Position numbers and translations under genes: made by a program. DNA of 61,746 nt, filler included, from Choristocarpus tenellus KU-1152 (lineage: Eukaryota > Protista > Phaeophyceae), in assembly GCA_964200185.2 (NCBI GenBank). It is 9 parts of 9 records of this genome, joined end to end, with 100 filler letters (N's around TTAATTAATTAA, not from the genome) between each part and the next. Parts side by side here need not be neighbours in the genome. Positions count along the whole stretch, not along the records: positions 24,805 to 36,555 come from CAXNAD020002159.1; positions 36,656 to 45,287 come from CAXNAD020004511.1; 7 more parts are not named here. One strand, given 5' to 3'. Positions 24,805 through 38,720 of this stretch are shown here, in pieces (within the stretch, counting starts at the first letter, position 1; each line of letters opens with the position of its first letter). A model generated the notes under the pieces. The model ran no database searches. It saw only the letters and a list, made by a program, of their open reading frames with translations, and was not told the origin of the DNA.

Positions 24805-26638
24805 TGTTCCATATTAAGTAGAATAAGCGTTGGGGTGTAATTTACAGCTTAAAAAAAAAAAAAAAAAAAGAGCGAGGGGGAGGGGGGGCATATGATGCCA
24901 TTTTTTGGAGAGGATTCAAGTTTGTACAACGCCTTTGGTGCACACTTTCCTGCCCCCCTTCAAACTAGATGGCCCATGCCTATGGTGAGCTAGTGATAAT
25001 ACAGTCAAGTTAGGTTCCATGTTTTCATTTGGCCCTACGTTTGTCCATCAATGCTACTACAAACATAGCTCCTCCAGAGGTCCAAATATGAGGGTATCCA
25101 GGGATGCTGATGTCAGGGTAGACCACATCACATTGAAGTGTCTATCAAAGTTGGTGTGTTCACTGTAACATACTGACTACTGCAGGAGAACCATGATGAT
25201 TATGGCATAGTATTCCAGTCCCTACCCTGCACAATGTACACATAATACGCGAAACACACAGTCAAAACCTAGGGGTAAAACGTGACATCGACAACATTTG
25301 TGATGTATGTATCTCCAAGCACACATTGCACAAAACAATATAATAGGACTTCTCTACAATTGATACATGGTTGTTGGTTGGATTCTAGTTAGAATTTTAC
25401 GGATATAATAATCATAGCAATATGTTTCCTGTATAACCAGTATGTTATTATATATGACGTTGAAGTAGTCCTTATTGAACTAATAAGAAACACACAACGT
25501 CACAGCCTGCTCACAACACCACTCTCTTCTTTTTTCCATCCATCACGTTTTGCCAAGGGGACCCGTGACCACTGAGACCCTCCACCTTTTTCTTTTCCGG
25601 GCTTCTATCCTGGAGTCTTCACTACTTTCACAAATAGGGTCCTAATTGTGCAGATTTGTACTTCGCATGAATTTAGCTGGTTTTAGCCCCTTCGACGCCA
25701 GGCTTATTTTTACAAAAATGCGGTTTCGACGAAGATAGATATTCCACATGGCAAGCAGCACAATGGATAGTACATCTGTACTATCCTGTTTGTATTAGAC
25801 CACGAAAAAAAATCTGGACAAAGGTGAAGGTGGAGAAACTTTGGGGCGGGTCTAGTTGAAGATTTGAGAGAGGAGACGAAGAGACCGCCAGTGTGGGAGT
25901 GCCAAACTCAGCACGAGAAATAAGATATGAGTGTACATATGTATGGTGCAACTAGTCGTAATGCAACATTTAGTCAGTAGTAGTTCTTCTGTGTATGTAG
26001 TGTAGCAGTTTGTAGTGGGTCTGTATTGGAATCATCACCACTACTACTACTACTACTGCTTCCACTTTTACTCAATACAACTATTTGTAAATACTCCTTC
26101 AATAATTCAGACCTCATTTAGAGTGCATAAAAGATTAATGTAATCCACCTCTCCTCATCATAGATGGCCTTCGATATATTAGAAAACCCTTCTTAGGATA
26201 TAATAACCTCAATCTCTTTTTTGATAGGACCAGAGAACACGCCAACAACCTCCTCGTCGTGTTGTATCACCATTGACCAAGTATCATAGACCATCCCTCC
26301 TTGACCCCGTTTTAAGAGTCTTGATCAAATTACTCTGTGATACCAAGGCTCCGCAAGAGGTGGGGAGAAATTGTGGGGTTTACTCTGTATTTCTCCAATG
26401 TACGTGATATACAAAGTGGTTGAAAAGGTTTAAGCCAGCCTCCCACGACGAGGTCGTGTGTAGCATTTGTTGCTTCTCGTCTGCGAAGAGTGCGGTGCAA
26501 TACATCGTCTTGAGGGAGAATCCACTTGTCTATCTCAGATACTCTCCTCTAGCCAGTCCTCCATCGTGATTGCGGTGTATGATCTGAGTGGTATCCTTGT
26601 CACCCCCTTGCGACAGGAGGGTGGAGAGTTGAAGCAGG

Positions 26639-27396
26639 ATGAACAGTATTGACTACTCAGAAAAATACCTCGACGGTTCCTTTGAGTATAGGTAAGCTAT
26701 CGATAAGGTACGACCACAGTTCTGACCCAAGGTTGAGGATCGAGGACACGATGCCTTCTCACGTTTGACTTCGCCTATGCCCTTTTTGCATCAGCCGTTC
26801 AGATGTTTGACTCAAGCACAATCTATTCGCTGAGTTAAACGAGGCTATAAAGTTGACTGCACTAACAAAAGTATGATATGAAGGACCAGGGATCCTTGTC
26901 GTGGTTACATCTCCTCTGCGTTGTGTCGGAGGCAACTTGACCCACCCCCCTCACCCCTGTCTTTTGCCATTCTATACAACTATCAGGCATGTGATATTGC
27001 CCAAGGAGACAGCACGATTACTGCCTAAGTCACGGCTGCTGGCTGAGGAGGAATGGAGAAATTTGGGTGTGCAGCAGAGCCGGGGCTGGCAGCACTATGC
27101 TATACACAGGTACATCTTCCTTGCTTATCCCTAACCGCGGTGTATTCAATGCGGGGGCGTGATGCGGGTATCGGCCGAAGTAAATCCTACATCGATCTCT
27201 TACTTTATTTGCGCTAAAAATGATGTGGTTACTCACTTATGTGCATGTGTACTTTCTGAACAGGCCGGAGCCCCATATCCTCCTCTTCCGTAGGCCGTTA
27301 GGGACGGATCCTGTAACAGGCAAGGTGGACCCTGAGTTGGAGCGGGAGGCAAAGGAGAAATACGCTGAGGACCTAGCCTCCAACAGTCGCAAGTAG
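26639..27396 (+). CDS. CKS1: Cyclin-dependent kinase regulatory subunit (CKS/Suc1), 102 aa
   Basis: Exons 26639..26691, 26987..27109 and 27264..27396 with GT-AG introns give [102 protein letters not shown], a canonical CKS sequence. Confidence 0.97.
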
Positions 27397-30300
27397 ATTG
27401 TTGTGTACCACAGTCGTACTGGAAGATACAGTGCAGGTGGTCATCAGTGGACCAGGAAGTTGCATAGGCAGGTCAGGTGATGCGGTGTCAAGTGTGAGGA
27501 GTGAGGAGTTAGGAGTGATTGTGTTGATGTAGCCATTACCTCTTGTATACCTGGGAAAGGATGTGGATGATAGGTGGGATTTAGCAGGTTGAGGGGGTAG
27601 GTGAGGGAGGTTGCTGGGTGAGGGCACAGCGTCTTTGCTCAACACTGTACCTTACATGAATTTTCGGTATGATCTATTGGTGTAAATGTTTTGTTCCTAT
27701 GATTTCTCCTATCGCTTGAATCTTATTTATACTATAACTCTGTGGTGTGATTCTTTAGATGTAATTTTAACAGACTGCAGCAACATGGAAAGGATAAAAG
27801 TGTGATAATTGTGCATTGGATTTTGGTCATTCACATTATGGTAATCGCTGTTTGGTTGTGACAGGGAAGGTGAGGGTTGTGTTCGAGTGAATGTGTGGAT
27901 TGGATCCACCATTTGCCAAAAGAAAAGCACAACGAGCCTTGTCAGTTGTTCTAGCTTGCTACCTGGACACACTATCGACCAATTCATTGGACTCTAGACT
28001 TATCGGAACAGTTAGGTTCTTGTATATGTGTCAGTTTGTCTGTAAGAGTCAGTGTAAGGAAATGATGATTGGGGTGGGTGATGTTATGTCCAGGCTTTTT
28101 TTTTCTACATTTTGAATCTCTGGTAGGGTTGGCAGTTGAGGTATATATAGTCAAGTGTCTGTTCTACTTGCACTCAGCATCCACACACATGTCTTTTGCT
28201 ACAGCAGTCTTGTCCCTGGCAAGTTAAAAGCTCCCTCTCCCTTGGCACGTAAGGCATGGGTGACTGAGAATGTGGTGAAGTTTGAAGATCTATCAAACCC
28301 AAGCACTCTTACTCCTTGACAATAGCCGCTGTGTGTGGATATGTACTTTTCAATTTGTATTTTGGCGAGAAGTGCCTCTCTTGTCTCTGTCCCACTGTTG
28401 TGTTTTCATTGGAAGTACCACTCAAAGCACTGTTGCAGTGAATGCTGCATCTTGGGAAGGCTGGTAGTCACATTGTCACCTGAAAACAAGGTCTGAGTAG
28501 ATGGTGACTTCACTTGTGTGATCTCATGAATTTCGAATTAATGGTTGAAGCTGCAGTGGGGAGAAATTCGTGTAAATGATCAGTACAGAGTGGATCATGA
28601 GGGCTCCAGCTTGAGCTTGGTTTTTTTGATCTTCTTACTCTGGTAGGGTGTTCAAATAGGCACAGGATTGATTTGTAGGGGGTGATAGGGAAGTTGTGAA
28701 TATAACAGGAAATGGCCTGATTGGGTTCCTCCTGGTGTATCTTTCTTTCCTGTCCAATATATGCAAATTTGCAATCAGAGCAGACTACACAGAGTACAGT
28801 ATCACTCAAACTTGTAAACTATGCTGTGTCCATCCCAATTGGTCTTGAATTTCCTTGATGTGACAGACAAATAATATTAGCAACTTAGCACTCAGTCACT
28901 TGCCTTGGAGTTTGAGCCACATCGAGCTTCCTGTAAAATCAGTTCTGCAGTCCAGTTTGTATGAATTGTGCTTGCCCCATGCATGAATGACTCAGTGTTG
29001 TTAGCCCCTTGACAGTTGCCAAGGACCTTCTTCAAGGACAGCATGAACACACTCCACTTCCATTACCCTCCTGTTGGTTCGCACCCCTCACACCTCACCT
29101 CCCCAACCCGAAGGTTCCCTCTCTCTGTTTCCTGATGACTGACATCGCCATGTATTGCTGCTTCACGGTTTAGTCCTGGGCTGTCTGTTCCCCTGACAGC
29201 AAACTTCTTGCTCCCATAGTATAAAACCTTAGGAGCAATAGTTGATGAAAGTATTGGTGAGCTTTGAAAAGTAGGAGGCATGGCCAGCACCAAGCATGCA
29301 CAACAGGAACCCACACAATTTTCAAAGTTTGACTTACATAACAGAACCAGAACGCAAATAGTGTCTCAACACCAAAACAATTCTCTACGATCACTAGAAA
29401 TATGTTGGGAACATAATCAGGTTGGGTCGATTGCAGTTCACCAATATTTTTTATTTTAGGTTGGGGAATATCCCAATCCATGGTCAGAGGCACCACACAC
29501 TGCACTACATCTCATGCTACCTACTACAACTAATTGTCCTGGCTCTATTCATGTGTTGCTTTTTGTGCATTGAGGGTCAGCCACCCACCACCCCACCGTT
29601 CCCCTGCCTCTATGCTGAACCCGCCCCAGTCTCACTATAAACTGAAGCATAGACATGTCATTTGGGTATCAATTGTTTTTGTGGTATGGCAACAGATAGG
29701 ATGATACAAGTGAACAACCCATAGTGCTCATAAACTTTGGATAATTAAATGCAACTTTCCCTGAAAAGAAGTCTGGTGTGGGTGAGGATTGAGCCACCCA
29801 AATTCATGCCAGGAAGATCATCCATCAACACCTGAGATACGGAAGTATTCTTCAGGGAACCATGAACTTATCTATTCGACCTGGAAACTCGATTTTTGGG
29901 TTGTCTGGGAAGATTCAAACTCCAAACCCTACGGAGCAACTTCTGAATATCTTTATGGCGGAACTTGGACTTAATAGTTATTCTTGGCCGGTGTAGATAC
30001 ATACCTATATCAATAGGTCTTCAGGTTTGAAAATGGACTACTGGCTATTTTTCAACCCTACTTGGGTGATGAGAAACCATGCAGGAACCTTCTGAGGCAA
30101 AAAGCAATAAGTTCCATAATATGCATGGACGAAGTATATTTGAACAAAAAAAAATGATTAATACCATAATATCTTAACCTGTATTGTCTCCGTGCAGAAG
30201 CAGCCACCATACAGAGGTGGTTGGGTTAATTTTTCTCTGTCCTCACTTCCTGCTTCATTTTACTATCTGATATCATGTTGATCTTTGCGTGCTTTTTCAT

Positions 30301-30462
30301 ATTTTCTAGTATCTATACCTAACGGGTGTGGTAATTCTATATTGTTCCGCAAAGGTAAAGTACTTGGAGTGGACAGTTGAATGAAATGTGTACATGTAAG
30401 GTTTGACTGTCTTACACAAAAACACCCCGTACTCTAAATACATTACGAACGACCAAGTGCAC

Positions 30463-31880
30463 CTGCATCTCAGGGTCGGATACAAGCACATGCAAGAACC
30501 CTGAGTTCCTGCAAGTAGTCTGGGCAAACTCCTGTGCATGCCTTTATTTCTTTTCGGTAAAATTATTGTTGAGGTTCTGAGCAGGCACATCCTGAGGACA
30601 CAAGAAAAACGGTCAAGGCTATTGGTTAAGGCGAAAAGGGATTACTATGATAAGCAAAGCTGCATGGAAATAACTCACCACTTTTGAAACACGTAAGTCT
30701 ACCAATACAATAATTGCCACCAGAGCTAAATCCTGCAAGGGAGAAGGAAGGTCCTCTTATCAAAACACAACGAGCTTGAATCTTGGAATGTCCCTGTAAC
30801 GGTGCAATTCCACTATATTTCGCTTCTTCATACCACTATCCGCCTCCAGGCCCTTTCCTACAGCCTTTTCTACTCTCTCCTAGTGCCAAGAGGTTGCGAT
30901 TCCCAGGTAGTCCTGTTGTTGCTGCTGCTGTCCCAGCTTGAAACTTGTCCAGATTGAGAGCAAAAGGACTGGTTCCATGGCAGAGGTGGAGATGCCTCAG
31001 AAGTATAGGATGGGGGACTCAGATAGGTTGGCGAATTTGTATAGTGAAGGACAGGACCTGGTGTTACCATATTATAAAAAAAAGTACAACTTTTGGAAAC
31101 CGAAAGATTGTAGGACAGCCTTGAAAAGGGCTTCATATGTGCACGACCAGCTGTGCCTATTCTACTTAGTAACAGCAAAACCAAAGTTAAAAAGACCCCA
31201 CCTATGCTCTTGTACTCTGTGGTCGAACAAATCAGACCAAGGCTAAGGCAATTAGTCAGAGAAAAAGGAAGACGCAATCCTGGACTACTTTTAAGGGTGG
31301 GTGAGGTTGGGGCTGGAGTAGGGCACGATTGGTGAAAATCAGTCCCATATGTCAGTGGGATTAGATCTATCCTGCGTTATCATATCGAGGAATCCCTCAC
31401 TGTTTTCACCTTGACTATTTGTCGCCAGCTCCTCAAAATATCTTTATCTCATCCTGTCTTGGACCTGACTCGCAGTAATAGCTAGATTCAATTCCCTCTT
31501 TCCCAGGTGAACTGACATATTCCTTCCCTTCTGTGCTACTGCCTGAGCCACTACAGGCACTCGCAGTTTCTACCACCACCTGCGACAACAAGTCCAACTG
31601 GTTGATTAATGTTGAGCGCCTAGAGATCATTTTGTAGTTGGCCTGGTTTCAGTGAGGACATCCCAAGCTCTCTCTGGCTCTGCACCCAGAGAGAGCAATG
31701 TTGTCATGGACTCGACCTCTGATGCTTCCCCAGACTTAGAAAAATGATGTCATTTTCCTGGCATAGACACCCTTGGCCATCGTCACAGCAGCAAGTGCAG
31801 TTGCTGCATACTTGTTGTGATCACGCAGGGCCCTACTAAGTTTCTTCTGACTGGATCTCCTTCTGCTCTCATTCCCCTGC
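30463..31880 (-). pseudogene. Decayed multi-exon coding sequence of unknown family
   Basis: AG/GT-bounded minus-strand blocks (30463..30591, 30679..31057, and a mostly open block ~31340..31880) read as protein-like text with scattered stops. Confidence 0.35.
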
Positions 31881-31931
31881 GCTACAGTGTGGGTTCTTTT
31901 CATCATTAAAATGTGTAATGTAGAATCAGCT

Positions 31932-32189
31932 GAGTCAAAGTATCTTAGAGGGTAGATCTGCGTCCGTTAGGGGGCCAAAATCCAATGTTGCGATTTTGAT
32001 GCAATGTTGGCCATGGCGTTTGTTAGGAAGTGTCAATATCCTTGTTCCGGAGACACCTTTTCATAATGTACACATTTTACCTACTCCAAAACATATCAGA
32101 GTAGGAAAATGTCATTAAAAAAACGTGGGAAGCCAAGCCCCAAATAGACAAACAGGGAAAAACTCGTACCCTCTAAGATACTTTTACTC
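31932..32189 (-). mobile_element. MITE family A copy
   Basis: Family A TIRs; exact TSD AGCT/AGCT. Confidence 0.93.
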
Positions 32190-32266
32190 AGCTTCTCGTT
32201 CATAATGATGGAGGTTGCGAAGGGAGATATATCTGGGCTGGTTGATACCTTGGCTTGGAACAAGCT

Positions 32267-32523
32267 GAGTGAAAGTATCTTAGAGGGTATGGGTTTTGCC
32301 ATGTTTGTCTGTTTGGGGCTTGGCTTCCCACGGGTTTCTCATGACATTTTCCTACTCCAAAATGTTTTGGAGTTGGTAAAATGTATACGTTATGAGAAGG
32401 TGTGCCCGGAATAAGGATATTGACAGTTCCGAACAAACACGATAGCCAAAATTACATCAAAATCGCAACATTGGATTTTGGCCCCAAATGGATGCGGCTC
32501 TACCCTCTAAGATAATTTGATTC
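32267..32523 (+). mobile_element. MITE family A copy
   Basis: Family A TIRs; exact TSD AGCT/AGCT. Confidence 0.93.
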
Positions 32524-33296
32524 AGCTACTTGTCCAAGGACCTGACAAATGAAATAATACAGATGTGGCACAACTGGTAGTGGATTTCCTGAGCAGCGGC
32601 GTTGTGTACTACTCCGGAGTACATTCAGTAAAAGGGTTGAGGATTAAAACTTAAGAGATGAGGAAGGCGGAGTTCAAGATTGCAGCACCCCACCAAGCAC
32701 TGCCCCACCTCCAACATGTGGAGTCGCATACATAGCAGTCTCTATGCACAGTTCTCCCCCTTGAGAAACATGCGCCTGAAGGAATTTCTCTTCTGGAGAC
32801 CTGAGAAGATGCACTGTGATGCTCAGTTGGATATGTTTGCTGTTGGTATGGTGACGGTTGTGGGATCGGGTGTGTGGAGGATAGGGGGTACGGGAGTCAA
32901 GGAGCAATCTTTGCCCGGCCCCGATATTTAGAGGTCCAAATAGAGCTTTCTTCGAACTGGTACTGCAAGTAGCCTATGAAGAAGTATATTTTATGGGGGC
33001 ATTTCAACGGAGTGAAGGGGGTAAGAAAATGTTCGAGGTGTTTGTGAGGGAGGGGAGGGGGAATATAACCATTTATGTCCCTATCCAAACATAAAGAGTA
33101 TGTATAGAGTTATTTGTAGGGGGAGGGGGCAGTAATGTGTACATGAAGGTTGGAATAATGTACTCACTGGTGTGTGCACATTGCCTGTGTGAGTACCACA
33201 ACACTGGTTTCCAGTCAGAAGTAGGAAGTGTTGGGAAAGGTCCAATCTGGAATTCATTGCAAACGCGCAAAGTAGAAAATATTCCACTTACAACAA

Positions 33297-33552
33297 GAGT
33301 GAAAGAGTCTTAGAGGGTACGAGTTTCGCCCTGTTTGTCCGTTTGGGGCTTGGCTTCTCACAGTTTTTTTAATGATATTTTCCTACTCCGAAATGTTTCA
33401 GAGTAGGTAAAATTTACGTTATGAAAGGTGTGTTCGGAACAAGGATATTGACACTTTGTAACAAACACGATAGCCAAAATTACATCAAAATCGGAACATT
33501 GTATTTTGCCCCCCAAACAGACGCGGCTCTACCCTCTAAGACACTTTGACTC
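33297..33552 (+). mobile_element. MITE family A copy
   Basis: Family A TIRs; flanks ACAA/ACAT. Confidence 0.92.
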
Positions 33553-36537
33553 ACATCCGGTTAAGAAAAAACTTGGAAGCACCATATATGTGGAAACACC
33601 AATCCCCCTCACTCCTGACTCCCCAAATCTCTCAAGTCCTCTCCTGAATCAAAGGTCTCTTGCCTAGTTAGGCTGAGGTAAGCATAGCTTTCAAAGCACT
33701 GAGATATTTGGGGTTGCAATGGCGAAAACCTCCTCTGCCAGGAGGTTCAGTCTTCAGGGCTCCCTTTGGGTCAGGTTTGTCTGATCTACAGAGGAATCAG
33801 CACCCTCAATGTCATCAAGGGACGCAAGCACCCCGTCTTCTTTGGGACTGCATCAGAAACAATGGGGGGAGGGGCGGAACATGCATCAAAAATGAAACAG
33901 CTGTGATGGGTTTCATGTTGTGTATTTGGTTCAAGTTTGAACGCATGGGATAATAGGCCGAGGAAACTTACATGTCATGGACCTTGTGGCCTTTCAATAG
34001 TTACGGAAAGTATGCACACGTTTTGTAACCATGGCGTGTGTGTGAATATATGTTTTTTTTTTTGCCAAAGAGAATAGCAAGTCTTTATCTCTCCTCTTCC
34101 CTCTCTTTTTCTTGTTTGGCAAAAGAGTTCCATTTGGCATAATAGAACAAAATTTGCAGTCGCAACCCAAGAGAAACGATCGGGTAACTCCTGGACCAAC
34201 ACCGGAACTTCCCGAAACTCCTTTTTGAATCTGCAGGACTTGCCCAGGGGGTTGAGATGGCATGAGCGATAGAAAGAAAGAGCGTCACAAACACAATGTT
34301 CTTCTCCACTATTGCATGCTGCTGAAATACTGCTGTGGAGAGCTTCAAAAATTCAAGAGCCCCCCAGCCAAAGAGGAGAGAGCAAAAGGGGCAGTTCAGC
34401 ACAGGCTAAGTTGTACCAATAATATGGCGCTCAAATGGAACTCGATCTACCCCAGCCAGGAAGGAGAACTAAGTATGCTCAATGTTGCACCCAGTAATAA
34501 AAGAGACCATTTGTTACAGGTCCCTGTTTCACCTGCACCCCATTCCTGATCATGCTTCTTACACTTGTGTTTTATTCACACGTTTTGTTGTAGTAGTGAT
34601 TCTACGTTTTTTTTTGTAAAGATGAAAAAATGAGGAGAATCTGAGAAACCAGTATAGAGAAGTATGAAAGGAAATATAACGTAAAAGAAAAAAGGAAAAA
34701 TGCGCGCCCATAATTGTACTCAACCCCCTCAAAGCTCCTGTTTAAAAAAAGATGTAAGACCTTTTGGAGAAGGGCATTGGTAACGATATCTTTCTTCTGC
34801 ACATTGAATGCCCTGACAAAACTGTCGAGATGAACTGCACAGACACACACACACACACGGACTACTGCTGTGTGCTCCAAAAGCATGTGGTACCAGATTG
34901 TTGTCACATAGCAGCATTCTCAAGCCTCCTCGTACAGGCAACGGAATAATATTACTCACCCAAAATGTGATATTGTGGAGATTCATTTCGGACAATGCAT
35001 CAAGGAAACCCAAGCCACACCATTATATAAGCAGAAAAAATTGGATGTGTCCACACATCCACATCCACTTGCAGACATAAGGAGAATATACCGTGTCCCC
35101 ACAAAACTCTATTTTTCTCTTCAAGCACTGATCTTAATCTCTTCCCTAATAGTTTTGTAGGACACAGGACTTGCTCACCTGAGGTGTGAGCTTGAACGGT
35201 CACCACATCAGGAAATGTTTACCTTTCGTTCTATTTTTTCTAGAGAAAAGCAAGGCCTCTCCTGTGTAGCATCACACCCTTCATCTTGGCAGTCTAGTCT
35301 TTTAGTAGGATTGCTGTCATCTCTCCACCTTGAGTCGTTACCTCGATCTAGGTTACAACAGAGGATGCAATGCTGATCTCTACTTTTGAGGCCACAATAT
35401 TGCCCTACCAACATTTGCAGGAGTTTGAAGTTATGAGATTATGATGCCCTTCAGTCTTATAGGTGCCACGTTCATGAAGCAGCAATTGTCTGTTGGAAGG
35501 GAAATTGACAGAGAACAGCACACCAAGGTGTGGTATCAGCTTGATCCTTTAACATCTGGACTCAAGCAGAGAACTTCAATCTCTGTGTGAGGGGACCCTG
35601 CAACGACTGACCAGGGCATGCCATTTCAAGAAAAGACGTACATAAACAGATAAAAACTACAGGTCAACAGGGCTGCTCAATTTGATCCCTCGCAATTGTC
35701 AATCGCCCGCACTGCACTGTCCATTTTAGCTTTCAGGTCAAGTCTCAGTAGGCAGTGTGACTCATAGAATATTATATTATGAGATGTTCCTAGACAAGCT
35801 GTGATACGTAGCATGATGAACATGCATACCAACACCAATATTAAATTAGTAAGTTACTCCACAGTCTTTGCACTCAGTATTGCGGTTATACAGTAATATT
35901 GGTTTGCTCATCATTGACTGACTGGTTCCTTGGGCTTGTCCTCTACGTTCCTCCTAGTCCAATGGCCCCAATGCCTTTCTTTGGTGGCGTCCATGGTCCA
36001 TGCTTTCTTCAGCATGAGAAGAGAGAGTTGAAACCGTCTCTGCAACCTTCTCTACATTTTAGCTCAATTCCTGTATCTTGAGCCTTCTTGGCTGCTAAGT
36101 TTTACCTCACTAGCATGGCTGCCTTGGTGGAAGTTTATTTCAATCGGCACATGAGACAAGAAGATATGGATCATGGTGTCCACAACACATTTGGACAACG
36201 TGCAAAGAGGTAAGAGACCCTTGTATATTAGTAATCTCTTCTCCTCTCTCACCTCATTTTGACATATCCTGTTTAGGAAAGCAAGCACTACAGAGTTAAG
36301 GGACGTTCGACATTCTATCCAAGATATCGTTGTGGTGAGCATTCATTCCGCCCTCGAACTCGATTTCCACGATGTGATGGCATGCTTTGACGTTCAGAAT
36401 CAACATACCCACAATAATCAGAGAGATTGGCATCGTAATCTAAGAGGTGCTTGCCACATGTTAATTGAGCAATGGATAGTGGATCAAGTTGGCTGCCAGA
36501 CGCAGGGACCGGGGAGGGGGTCTACCCCGAAAAACAT

Positions 36538-36555
36538 GACCTAAAGTATCTGGGG
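36538..36555. mobile_element. Family B/D-type TIR truncated by contig end
   Basis: GACCTAAAGTATCTGGGG directly before the linker. Confidence 0.6.
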
Positions 36556-36655
36556 NNNNNNNNNNNNNNNNNNNNNNNNNNNNNNNNNNNNNNNNNNNNT
36601 TAATTAATTAANNNNNNNNNNNNNNNNNNNNNNNNNNNNNNNNNNNNNNNNNNNN
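36556..36655. other. Artificial contig linker
   Basis: 44N-TTAATTAATTAA-44N. Confidence 0.98.
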
Positions 36656-37034
36656 CCATTTGATTGACGCTGCTCTGGAAGTGCCCCCCCCCCCCACTTG
36701 GGAGGTATTGGTAGGAGGGTGATTGCCCCAAGTGATCAAGTCCGTGCAAGTTTCTTGGAGGCATGGAAGGAACGGGAACAAGCTTGGACATAACAACATA
36801 CACAACCCAAAAGACCCACTCTCAAACAAGTGTTGAAGGTTGCTGGCTAACACCTCAAACAGTTGAGGGCATTCACCTTGCATGATTTTCTAGACACCTG
36901 CACCAGGAAGATAAAGAATACATTCACCTTGGGGATCAGGGGAAATAACTTTTCCAAAACTCACGAAAGAGTTCAATGCAGTGTTTTATTTTGCATTATA
37001 TATATTAAGGGAGGACACAGAAGAGTGCCTTCTA

Positions 37035-37290
37035 GTACATGCTGCTGAGAGTGTCAGAATCCATAAAGAAACGGTGGAGGCGATATTTTGAAGTGGTCCT
37101 GAATAAAACGTCAATCTCAACTCTGCAGGAGGCAAGTCCCTCGATCAACTGCCCACTTGTATGGCACTTGCTGATGGACCAACAATGGTGCAACCGGCAG
37201 AAGCAATCCGTGCCATGGGGAAGAGGAAGGTGAACGGATCAAATTATCTCCCAGCAAAAACTCTGACAATTGGCCTCGACAAGGACGAGG
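37035..37290 (+). mobile_element. RTE-like LINE fragment (region upstream of RT)
   Basis: LLRVSESIKKRWRRYFEVVLNK...PTMVQPAEAIRAMGKRKVNGSNYLPAKTL resembles the RW..F..LLN / AIR.L..GKA.GPD segment of RTE ORFs. Confidence 0.7.
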
Positions 37291-38012
37291 GTTGGGCTGT
37301 CAGTGGCAACATTAGAGGGATCTCACTCATAGGTGCACACACTGGGGGAGTGCTTCTCAGGGTTGTCACATGGAAACTGGGAGATCACTTGGAACTGGAT
37401 AACATACTCCACGACTAACGGTGTCGTTTCCGACCTGACGCTCCACAGTAGACATGATGTACACCCTATGTGCTATTGGCGAATAGCGCGAGCATTTCTC
37501 CTCGTTTCTAGCAAGCGTGAGTAGTGTATGCGCGTAGGGACTCTTACAAGAGGAGCTCCGATTTGCTAGAAGATGCAGAGTAAGATTTGCAATCGATAGA
37601 TAACCTTACAGAATGAATGTCGATTTCCTAGAAGTTGCAGGAAAGATTTGTGATTTGAGTACGTATACAAGGGTTGAAGATGTATTCCAACTTGTAGTCG
37701 GTAGAAACCGGGTGGGTGATGCTAATAAAGGAAGTATCGTGGTGACCACACACGACACTTTCTTATCTTTCTTAGATAAACAAATTTGTCAAGCAAAGTG
37801 TTGGCTGACACCCGAACGTGGTTATCAACTGTGGTTCTCAACTTTGAGAAGTACCCCCGCTCATCTAGCCAAACGTGCGCTGGACTCCCTCGACTGTTAG
37901 AGTGTCCCAGTAACGTCATTTAAACGTTTTGGGATTGGAGCTATACATCCTGTGGAGGTAAGTTCTGGAGTGTGTCGTAACATATATTTGCTCTCCATGA
38001 GCTCGGACAGGA

Positions 38013-38190
38013 GGTTCAAAGTATCTGGGGGAGGGTGGCAGCTGTTCAATTGGGGTAATTTTTTCATATCGCGATTTTTGGGTGATTTGATTGCATACGT
38101 CGGATGGATAATGTAAGTGCACTTTCTCTGACTTTGGTTCAAATGGACACCCTGGTGTACACTGCCCCCCACCTCCAGATACTTTGGATC
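38013..38190 (+). mobile_element. MITE family B copy
   Basis: TIRs GGTTCAAAGTATCTGGGG / CTCCAGATACTTTGGATC; exact 4-bp TSD AGGA/AGGA. Confidence 0.9.
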
Positions 38191-38199
38191 AGGAACAGC

Positions 38200-38720
38200 A
38201 TGTACTTCGAGTGTTTCATTGGCCCACACAAAGCCTATTCCTCTGTTGACCAAAATGTATTGTGGGCTATGCTTGCCAAGTTTCAAAGTGCATTAGGATA
38301 TTCTATGAGCCATCCGCAAGTTCCGTATTGGAACGAGGCTTTACGTCTGCATGGATGATAGAGAGTGTATCCGCTAGTTTGAGGTCAGACAAGGCCTTTG
38401 TCAAGGTGCGTTCCTGGCCCCCATACTCTTCAAAATATTCTTCACTGTTGTACCAAGCGTAGGGATTAAGGAGTTCAACGCTAACCCTGTCACCTCCAAG
38501 GACCTCCCATTAACATCAAATGGAGCCGCAAAAAACAGGCAGGACACAAGAGGAGGGGTGACAGGGAGTGAAGTAACACCGTAGCGGCGCCTGTGGGGTA
38601 TGCTACTGGCCAACAACGGAGGTGTTATTGTATCCAAGACACAAGAAGTCTGGCTAGGATGATGACAGTGATTGTGAAGGGGGCTAGGGCACTTTGACCG
38701 TGTGTCATGCACACGGGAGC
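38200..38720 (+). mobile_element. RTE-like LINE reverse transcriptase remnant
   Basis: CFIGPHKAYSSVDQNVLWAMLAKF, EVRQGLCQGAFLAPILFKIFFTVV and LWGMLLANNGGVIVSK are degenerate FIDL.KAYDSV, QGLRQG..LAP.LFNI and LYADD motifs. Confidence 0.85.

Noticed and set aside
36064-36460. Possible tyrosine recombinase (DIRS) remnant
   Set aside because: Only vague resemblance; no catalytic R-H-R-Y motifs visible.
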